This document shows, piece by piece, positions 44,492 to 50,639 of a stretch of 50,639 nt of DNA; positions within the stretch are counted from its first letter, which is position 1, and each line of letters begins with the position of its first letter. Position numbers and translations under genes: made by a program. Location: positions 1 to 50,639 of the IMG/VR virus record IMGVR_UViG_3300037424_002715. One strand, written 5' to 3'. This DNA is from a virus (taxonomy: Duplodnaviria; Caudoviricetes). The notes beneath the pieces are model-generated. The model made no database searches. It was not told the DNA's origin and worked only from the letters and a program-made list of their open reading frames with translations.

Positions 44492-44866
44492 ATGTCAGCT
44501 CCTCGTGGCCGCCAAGTCACCAACTTTGGTGGCTTCCTAGATCCCTTTGCAGCTGGTGCATCGAGTCTAGTTGAGGCTATTTACCCGGCTCCAGCTTCAG
44601 TAAGTACTGCGGCTGGAGATCCGGTTGTTTATGCTCCTGTAGAAATACGAGAGTTGATCGCCAGTGCCTGGACAGACACCCTGCTCGGACAGATCATCCA
44701 GCAGACAGTAGCTCCCGATATTGTCAGAGGAGTGGTTTATTCCCGAACCAGCCTGTCTGGAATTGTAATGGCGAGAAGTTCCAAATATGAAGTATTATTC
44801 ACCAGAGAGAGCCTGAGAAATACACTAAACACCCTCGTTTCCAACTTGGAGAAGGCAGAACTCTAA
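44492..44866 (+). CDS. Hypothetical virion protein
   Basis: 124 aa, coupled to the downstream gene. Confidence 0.55.
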   Translation: MSAPRGRQVTNFGGFLDPFAAGASSLVEAIYPAPASVSTAAGDPVVYAPVEIRELIASAWTDTLLGQIIQQTVAPDIVRGVVYSRTSLSGIVMARSSKYEVLFTRESLRNTLNTLVSNLEKAEL

Positions 44867-45240
44867 TGGCTAAAATAGTCATTCCCGATATTTTTGAACA
44901 TGACATCGGTACACACTTCCAGGCAGAACTCCAGAACCTGATCAATGGTCTGGATCCAATACCCTTCGATATCTCCAGTGCCACAGAGAAACTAATCATC
45001 TTCATCCGTCCGGATGATACTTTGAGCGAAGTGGAATTTCCCGGCTCGTTTGTCACCAATGGGGAGGATGGACTTCTGGAATACGTCACAGAGACCTCGG
45101 AGGATCTCGTCAAAGTCACAGATGAATTCTTTGAGAACTGGGAATACTATGCCTGGCTCCGCTACCCAGGCGGCGAACGGCGCACATCCACAGTAAAATT
45201 CAGACTATATCAAGGTAGAAAATCCCAAATAGGTTCATAG
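44866..45240 (+). CDS. BppU N-terminal-like baseplate protein
   Basis: DIGTHF..PFDISSAT..FIRPD..GEDGLLEYVT..DL..W pattern. Confidence 0.6.
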   Translation: MAKIVIPDIFEHDIGTHFQAELQNLINGLDPIPFDISSATEKLIIFIRPDDTLSEVEFPGSFVTNGEDGLLEYVTETSEDLVKVTDEFFENWEYYAWLRYPGGERRTSTVKFRLYQGRKSQIGS

Positions 45241-45288
45241 AGAGATCCGTGAAAAACGCTATTGGACGTATTCATGTAAGGATCTCAA

Positions 45289-45885
45289 ATGCAGAATATT
45301 CATTACCCAACTTTGATAGAGGCTGTAATGTTAGACTTGAAACAACAAGCATCACAAGACGCGGAACATTCCAGGGATGTAGCCCAACTTTGCATAAGAA
45401 TTGGCAGCTTTATGAAACGTTTCACAGAGCACGAAATGGAAATGTTGAAATGGGGAGCCTATCTTCATGATTGTGGAAAAAAATATCTGGATGACGCATT
45501 GCTCAATGCCCCCAGGAAACTTACTCCACGGGAAAGAATACAAATGCAAACCCATGTAGTCCTTGGACGGGATTTTGTAGCTGCCATGGAATGCGACCCT
45601 ATTATCATCGAAATTGTTCACTGGCATCATTTCAATGAGGATGGTTCGGGATATCCTCATAGTAAAGCAGAGCCTTCCATATTTCCCAGAATTGTTCGTG
45701 TGGCCGATACTTATCAAGCTTTGACATCAGAACGAGTTTATCGTTTTCCTTCCTCCTCTGAAGAAGCCATGGCCATACTGGAAGCCGAAGCAGGAAGAAT
45801 TTTCAATGCAGAAGTTGTGCTGTTTCTAAGACTGGCCCTTGCAAACGAAGCTCAGAAAGAAGAAAAAAATGACGCCAACAAGTAA
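45289..45885 (+). CDS. Stand-alone HD-GYP domain phosphohydrolase
   Basis: HSRDV, LHDCGK, THVVLG, HHFNEDGSGYP, VADTYQALTSERVYR. Confidence 0.9.
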   Translation: MQNIHYPTLIEAVMLDLKQQASQDAEHSRDVAQLCIRIGSFMKRFTEHEMEMLKWGAYLHDCGKKYLDDALLNAPRKLTPRERIQMQTHVVLGRDFVAAMECDPIIIEIVHWHHFNEDGSGYPHSKAEPSIFPRIVRVADTYQALTSERVYRFPSSSEEAMAILEAEAGRIFNAEVVLFLRLALANEAQKEEKNDANK

Positions 45886-46336
45886 AGATCCCGAAGTCGA
45901 TCCTGTTTACCTTCTAACCATGCTTGTCAGGCTGGAAGAAAAAATGATGCCCATTATAACTGCCGTCGAAAAACTGGAGGAAACCAATGAAGGAACACTT
46001 CGCACCAAGGGTATCAAGGAAAAAATCGCCACGGCACAGCAGGATATTGAAGCCAATAAACTGGCTTACAGCAAGCTCAATGATGTAATAAAGGAAATGG
46101 ACAGCAAGATTAGCAGAATAGAAGTAAACATCCAGGAACATCTACGCGTCTTTACAACAGATCTTCTCAAGAAAATGGACGAGAAGCTAGTACCTCTTAG
46201 TACAGACAACAGCGCCAACAAAACAGCCTTGCAAAAAATCCAGCCCTGGATCAATGGCTTGGCCTGGTTCGCCACTCTGGTTGGAGGTATCCTGGTCAGC
46301 ATGTGGCTAACCGGAAAACTTACCTATCTTCCCTGA
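45869..46336 (+). CDS. Coiled-coil protein with C-terminal TM helix (lysis-region membrane protein)
   Basis: Heptad pattern followed by WINGLAWFATLVGGILVSMWL. Confidence 0.65.
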   Translation: MTPTSKDPEVDPVYLLTMLVRLEEKMMPIITAVEKLEETNEGTLRTKGIKEKIATAQQDIEANKLAYSKLNDVIKEMDSKISRIEVNIQEHLRVFTTDLLKKMDEKLVPLSTDNSANKTALQKIQPWINGLAWFATLVGGILVSMWLTGKLTYLP

Positions 46337-46365
46337 TATCAGGAATGATAGCTGAAAGGAGAGTC

Positions 46366-46743
46366 ATGAACAAATACATATTCAAGGAAGGCATTTATCG
46401 TGTCGTCTCAAGGTTTCTTAGACTGCGTACTACAACTGAGGCGCAACTGACAACCAACTATGTCAGAGATGAACAGGGAAACGAAATGCGTTACAAATAC
46501 GATGATACTTTTCCAGTCTTTGCCATCGTTTCCTCCAGAGTCGGCTGGACCTGGGGATTGATCACTCCCCTTGGACAATTCCCCATGCAGTTCTGCTGCT
46601 TGTGGGATAAACAAACCCAGTTTGCGGAACTACTCAAACCATTTGATATTCCTCCAGTACACATAGCTCCCAATGAAAGAGGACTGTTGGAGATGTATCA
46701 ATTCCTGATCACCCTTGGCTATAAGGGACAACCCCCATTCTAA
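46366..46743 (+). CDS. Hypothetical protein (SH3b-like)
   Basis: AAGGAG RBS; YRVV..FLRLRT...V..WTWGLI. Confidence 0.55.
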   Translation: MNKYIFKEGIYRVVSRFLRLRTTTEAQLTTNYVRDEQGNEMRYKYDDTFPVFAIVSSRVGWTWGLITPLGQFPMQFCCLWDKQTQFAELLKPFDIPPVHIAPNERGLLEMYQFLITLGYKGQPPF

Positions 46744-46754
46744 AGGAGAACAAC

Positions 46755-47108
46755 ATGGATATTCTTCAATTGATCGTGCTTGCTTTTGGTGCCTTGATCG
46801 GTTTCCCCGCGTTCCTAACTGCCCTTGGAAACCTGCTGGTCTATCTGAAGGTCGGGCTCAACCTGGATGCCTTTTACTTCTGGGGCAATGTGATCGGCTT
46901 TGGCCTGGTTGCACTGGCTATTTTCACTGGCCGTCTGGACATCCTCAGTTCTGTGGATGCTGCCCTGGTTGGCATCGCCAAGGTAATTATGGACCTGCTT
47001 ATCCTGCTTGGTGGTGTAGCTGGTTCCCTCTTCTTCAATTACCGCATGCACAATAAGGTGCAGGAACTTCATTTACGAAATCTGTTTATGAAACGCGGCT
47101 CTGGCTAG
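46755..47108 (+). CDS. Putative holin (3 TM, basic C-terminus)
   Basis: AAGGAG RBS; three hydrophobic helices; last gene of the rightward arm. Confidence 0.55.
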   Translation: MDILQLIVLAFGALIGFPAFLTALGNLLVYLKVGLNLDAFYFWGNVIGFGLVALAIFTGRLDILSSVDAALVGIAKVIMDLLILLGGVAGSLFFNYRMHNKVQELHLRNLFMKRGSG

Positions 47109-47127
47109 AAAAGAGTAGCAGGAAAAC

Positions 47128-47155
47128 AAAGGACGAGGAAATTTCCTCGTCCTTT
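47128..47155. terminator. Bidirectional terminator between the convergent arms
   Basis: Perfect 28-bp palindrome AAAGGACGAGGAAA|TTTCCTCGTCCTTT with T-runs on both strands. Confidence 0.8.
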
Positions 47156-47529
47156 TAGATCCACCCATTCAGAATGTCAGTAAGCATGGCGTTGCCTGCC
47201 AGTTCGTGTTCGTACCATGTCCCATAGAGAAATACAATTGAGTTGGCTTGAAGCTGTCTCACACTTGTAAGCTGTTCCACATGGACATTATCCACACCGT
47301 ATTTGTCAATCAACACGCCACGGATCTTGCGATATTCATCCAGACTGCCGCATAGGATAAGCACATCATAGCCAGCAGCCAATGAACACAGGAAATTACC
47401 GGATAGAATAGCTGGCAGACCAGTGTTGTAATCCAGCATGACAGTCCGATATGCCCCACATAGACAAACTTCCACCTTCCCGAAACGAGAAGCATGGACT
47501 ACCACAAATACATGCTCATGCTTCGGCAT
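47155..47529 (-). CDS. Hypothetical protein
   Basis: 124 aa; HEH...CLCG. Confidence 0.6.
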   Translation of the reverse strand: MPKHEHVFVVVHASRFGKVEVCLCGAYRTVMLDYNTGLPAILSGNFLCSLAAGYDVLILCGSLDEYRKIRGVLIDKYGVDNVHVEQLTSVRQLQANSIVFLYGTWYEHELAGNAMLTDILNGWI

Positions 47530-47989
47530 CAGGATATTTCTCTTTTGCCCATTTTATAATATGTTCTTGAAGACCCGGCAAAAAGATTAGTCGGCTTTTG
47601 CCCACAATCTCCAGCTTGCCTTCTTTTACAAGAAATGGGATATAGCGTGACATCCCGGATTTCGCCATAGGAACCAGCGGAGCAATTTCATCATAGATGG
47701 GTGGCCTACCTTTTGTTCGATACGCATCCTTGACAATCTTTAGAATACGATCCTTTACCCATTCCCTGTGGTCTATAATGAATTTCCGATCACGATTGGC
47801 TTGGAGTGAAATGTTACGTCTAGCAATGTCACGATTGGCAGCATATTTCTCCACCGACTCTTTGATGACAAAGCCCCTACCAGCAACTTGCAAATGTCCA
47901 CGTGTCTTATAGACCCAGATGGTGCCAACAGTCACTCCAAGAAAATGAGCCGCTTCCTGGTCTGACATCTTATACGTCGTCTTGGTCAT
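47516..47989 (-). CDS. DNA-binding protein: excisionase-like HTH plus LexA-like winged HTH
   Basis: SDQEAAHFLGVTVGTIWVYKTRGHL; ILKIVKDAYRTKGRPPIYDEIA...YIPFLVKEGKL. Confidence 0.75.
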   Translation of the reverse strand: MTKTTYKMSDQEAAHFLGVTVGTIWVYKTRGHLQVAGRGFVIKESVEKYAANRDIARRNISLQANRDRKFIIDHREWVKDRILKIVKDAYRTKGRPPIYDEIAPLVPMAKSGMSRYIPFLVKEGKLEIVGKSRLIFLPGLQEHIIKWAKEKYPDAEA

Positions 47990-48305
47990 TATCGTCCTCT
48001 CTTGGATCCGGCAGTTGCCGTTGTGTAAGATGCAGGGTCCAGATCTCAATTGGCTTGGCTTTGAGTCCAGCCGCGGCACGTTCCGCTGTTTCTTGATCAA
48101 CCGGTGTCAATCCCCAGATTGAATCCGGACTTTGAAATTTGGTAAAGCCTGGCTGTCCATTCACGGTTGGAACATCAATGCGCAGAAACCCACGACCTGC
48201 CAGATTGACCGTGGTCACCTTTCCTGCCAGCATGGTCCGTCCCATTAGCTCGACGATTGCGTAGCTGTCAAAACTCTCGATTTGTGGTGTTGCTTCAGTT
48301 GACAT
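47970..48305 (-). CDS. Phage hypothetical protein
   Basis: AAGGAG RBS; YAIVELMGR..LAG.V....AG.GFLRIDVP. Confidence 0.75.
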   Translation of the reverse strand: MSTEATPQIESFDSYAIVELMGRTMLAGKVTTVNLAGRGFLRIDVPTVNGQPGFTKFQSPDSIWGLTPVDQETAERAAAGLKAKPIEIWTLHLTQRQLPDPREDDNDQDDV

Positions 48306-48354
48306 GATCTACTCCTTTGAATTTTTTCATAGTGATTTCTCTGATATCGCTAGA

Positions 48355-48386
48355 ACAGGGAGGGAGTATCGATACTCCCTCCCTGT
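48355..48386. terminator. Perfect 32-bp palindrome downstream of the ATPase gene
   Basis: ACAGGGAGGGAGTATC|GATACTCCCTCCCTGT. Confidence 0.6.
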
Positions 48387-48391
48387 GACTT

Positions 48392-49468
48392 TTATGCAGG
48401 TTTCTTTTCCTTGATAGCCCTTGTGACATACTCAACAATCAGCTTATGGTTTTCCACTGTATATGCCGGGGCATCATCTGCTGTAAGCACAGCATTGATT
48501 TCCTCGATGGTCGCTACATCTTTCAGGTCATCATATAGTTTGACCTTGAAAGCACGAATAGCAATGTCCTGTGCTTCCTGATCAAATTCAGGTTCAGGTA
48601 CGGTAATCTTGCTCAGATCTGCCTTATAAGTACGTTCACGATGCCACTTCCAAAGAGTAGGCCAACCCTGCCATTTGAATTGTTCCGGCACTCCCGGGAA
48701 AGCCATTTTGGGATTCCAGGCATCCATGGTAACAGTGGGTAATTGACTGGCCTTCCGAGTAACAGGATCTACCCGATCCAATGACCAAATGACATCTGCA
48801 TGCTTTACAAACACGTCCAACACTTTGGCGCTTTTTCCCAAGATCTTCATCCTGGGTTTACCTTCGGCATCGTATTCCTTGGAACCATAATATGCCCAGA
48901 TATTGTGTAGTGGCGCTGTAACAATCAGGGAGATATTCTGTTCGCGCAAATCAAGAATGAACTCTTCAAAGAAACGCTTGAACACCAGACTGATGACTCC
49001 AGGATCAGTAGGCCGCCATGTCTTCTGAAGCAATTGCTGAATGGACTGGTCCAATCCATAGATCCTGGCAGTTTCTATTGCTTTGACTTTATCTCCCCAA
49101 TGCTTGAACATATTCTCCTGCCAGATACCTGCATCATCAATGATAATCACCTGTGGTGCACCATCTTTCCATGTCTTGGCATGTGCCGTCTGCATAAGAA
49201 CTACAAAACGATGGGGATCAAATCGACCTTCACAAAGCGGAGTAAACCCAAACAGTTCCTGGTCAGGATAATCCCTACCGTCCAGACTTCTATGAACTTC
49301 ATTACGCATTTCCGGATCGATTACAATGCGTTTTACCAGATCTTCGATCCCTTTCCAGGTTGGAAAAACGTAACTGAGACTTGTGACAGATTTTCCACCA
49401 CCCCATTGACCTGTCAGAATAAATACTTTTGCCCTTGAAGGCGCTTGCGGGAAACTAGGTTGTGTCAT
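48392..49468 (-). CDS. P-loop ATPase, AAA_24/Sak4-like recombination protein
   Basis: Walker A GQWGGGKS, VIDPE, Walker B VIIIDD, HADVIW; AAGGAG RBS. Confidence 0.7.
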   Translation of the reverse strand: MTQPSFPQAPSRAKVFILTGQWGGGKSVTSLSYVFPTWKGIEDLVKRIVIDPEMRNEVHRSLDGRDYPDQELFGFTPLCEGRFDPHRFVVLMQTAHAKTWKDGAPQVIIIDDAGIWQENMFKHWGDKVKAIETARIYGLDQSIQQLLQKTWRPTDPGVISLVFKRFFEEFILDLREQNISLIVTAPLHNIWAYYGSKEYDAEGKPRMKILGKSAKVLDVFVKHADVIWSLDRVDPVTRKASQLPTVTMDAWNPKMAFPGVPEQFKWQGWPTLWKWHRERTYKADLSKITVPEPEFDQEAQDIAIRAFKVKLYDDLKDVATIEEINAVLTADDAPAYTVENHKLIVEYVTRAIKEKKPA

Positions 49469-49502
49469 CTTATGCTCCTTTGCTAAATAGACACTTGTTT
49501 TA

Positions 49503-49805
49503 TTACACAGGTGTAGAACCTGTGTTCTTTACTGCTTCATTATACCTATTTATGATGGTTTGGCAATACTCAAGCAGGTACTTGACTTTGCCTGTAATGG
49601 TGACCAGATAGATAATCTCCTGCCTGGTCTTCAGAATTTCCGTGGCTTCAAATTCCAGATCTCCACAAAGCACTGTTCGCAAAAGGAACATGGCTGCCAT
49701 TGTAAATCTGGTTACATGAGCATGAAAAACGATGGATGATTTCTCATCCGTCTTCATTTCAAGCAAAGCCTCTTTTGCTAAGTAAGGCCCGTTATAGAAT
49801 GGCAT
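49503..49805 (-). CDS. Hypothetical protein
   Basis: 100 aa, coupled to the upstream stop. Confidence 0.55.
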   Translation of the reverse strand: MPFYNGPYLAKEALLEMKTDEKSSIVFHAHVTRFTMAAMFLLRTVLCGDLEFEATEILKTRQEIIYLVTITGKVKYLLEYCQTIINRYNEAVKNTGSTPV

Positions 49806-50639
49806 CAGGACATTACCTTTCTCAACCGGTTCAACGCCACCCGAGTGGGACCGGCAGGCAGACCCAGAGTTTCAGCTACGAACTTGGGAGAATATAAATC
49901 CCCCTCTTTGATACCAATCGTGTGAGGAGAAATACCGTTGGCTTCCAGCCATTCTTTTATTCTGGCTTGTACCTCCCCTTCCTGTTTCTTGTCCTCCTCA
50001 GTAATTACCGATTTGGGCTTGGCTACACCTACGCCAAACTTTTCCTCCTGATAAAGACTGGGACGACCTTTCTTTCGATAATCATTGTCCAGTTCCGCAT
50101 ACCAGAGTCGCGATTCTTCGTTATACCATTCCTGTAGAGTTGTACTTTCCTCCTTGACTTCCTGCTCCCGCCTGTCTTGTTCGGCATTCCAGGCAACTTG
50201 TTTCTCTTTCTGTTCATCGATCCAGGCATCGATACGGTTTGTTAGATTAACAAACCAAGCATTATGAAGCACGCCCAGGTTATGAGTTACCACATAGATC
50301 AGATAAGCAATCCCTGGACCAGACAGAAATGTCAATGCTGCAATCAGAAATAAATAAATCCCTGCTTTCCCATTGAACTCCGGCAGAAGTTCGAAGGTTG
50401 GCAATATACCTGCCAGAGAACCAATGACACCTGCCAAGACAACCGGTGTCCAGGAAGTATCTATCTGTCCACTTTGTTTTCCGCGGATCCAGCCAAAACC
50501 AGCCAGAACACCTTCAATGACTGCAATAACACTGGCCCCAGTCAGAAACGAAAGGAAGGACTGAGTACCTGATGGAATATTATAGGTTGCCAGCAACATT
50601 CCTTCTGCAATGGAATAGATACCTGCTGTTCGAATGGCA
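49805..50639 (-). CDS. Membrane protein with coiled coil and C-terminal HTH (5' end probably outside the window)
   Basis: Three TM helices, charged coiled coil, SPKFVAETLGLPAGPTRVALNRLRK. Confidence 0.65.
   Translation of the reverse strand, partial: AIRTAGIYSIAEGMLLATYNIPSGTQSFLSFLTGASVIAVIEGVLAGFGWIRGKQSGQIDTSWTPVVLAGVIGSLAGILPTFELLPEFNGKAGIYLFLIAALTFLSGPGIAYLIYVVTHNLGVLHNAWFVNLTNRIDAWIDEQKEKQVAWNAEQDRREQEVKEESTTLQEWYNEESRLWYAELDNDYRKKGRPSLYQEEKFGVGVAKPKSVITEEDKKQEGEVQARIKEWLEANGISPHTIGIKEGDLYSPKFVAETLGLPAGPTRVALNRLRKVMS

Larger units (their letters stand above)
3969..44851. repeat. Dispersed 13-bp palindrome YTCCAASTTGGAR (13 exact copies found by eye)
   Basis: Starts at 3969, 7167, 9335, 14181, 16282, 18449, 20519, 26484, 32092, 35242, 38610, 42767, 44839; one-mismatch copies at 2408, 31237, 31789, 40408, 44070, 49353. 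Confidence 0.9.

Noticed and set aside
3969-44851. Palindrome copies as a CRISPR array or REP/MITE family
   Set aside because: Only 13-15 bp, kilobases apart, mostly inside coding sequence, with no spacer structure or shared flanks; no cas genes seen.
35827-45240. Diversity-generating retroelement or invertible fibre cassette
   Set aside because: No reverse transcriptase or invertase, and no near-identical TR/VR pair seen; the fibre paralogs match only at protein level.
1-50639. Stop-codon reassignment, tRNA genes, integrase/att site
   Set aside because: Genes tile densely under the standard code using TAA, TGA and TAG; no cloverleaf or recombinase motif was noticed by eye.

Overview
The window is part of a tailed dsDNA (siphovirus-like) phage or prophage genome. 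The host is inferred to be Chloroflexota/Anaerolineae-like, based on AGAAC-N4-GTTCT boxes and one host-like membrane gene; this is not verified. A rightward arm (725-47108) carries small hypothetical genes, a glycan-modification cassette (glycosyl-, methyl- and sulfotransferase-like genes), a DEDDh exonuclease, an intein-containing terminase, portal, scaffold, major capsid, neck, tail tube, tail chaperones, a 3131-aa tape-measure protein, baseplate/fibre genes, an HD-GYP protein and holin-like genes. Leftward genes lie at both ends. Four observations stand out. (1) The N-terminal half of the tape-measure protein carries the ordered catalytic motifs of a two-barrel RNA polymerase (R-x-P ... GDVDGD), suggesting a virion RNAP fused to the tape. 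(2) The terminase intein encodes an HNH endonuclease on the opposite strand with its own RBS, and both frames are open. (3) A 13-bp palindrome YTCCAASTTGGAR occurs at least 13 times exactly, spread every ~2-6 kb and in all reading frames. (4) A decayed GIY-YIG endonuclease split a glycosyltransferase gene and supplied a recoded replacement 5' end. All calls come from reading motifs by eye; no database searches were run.
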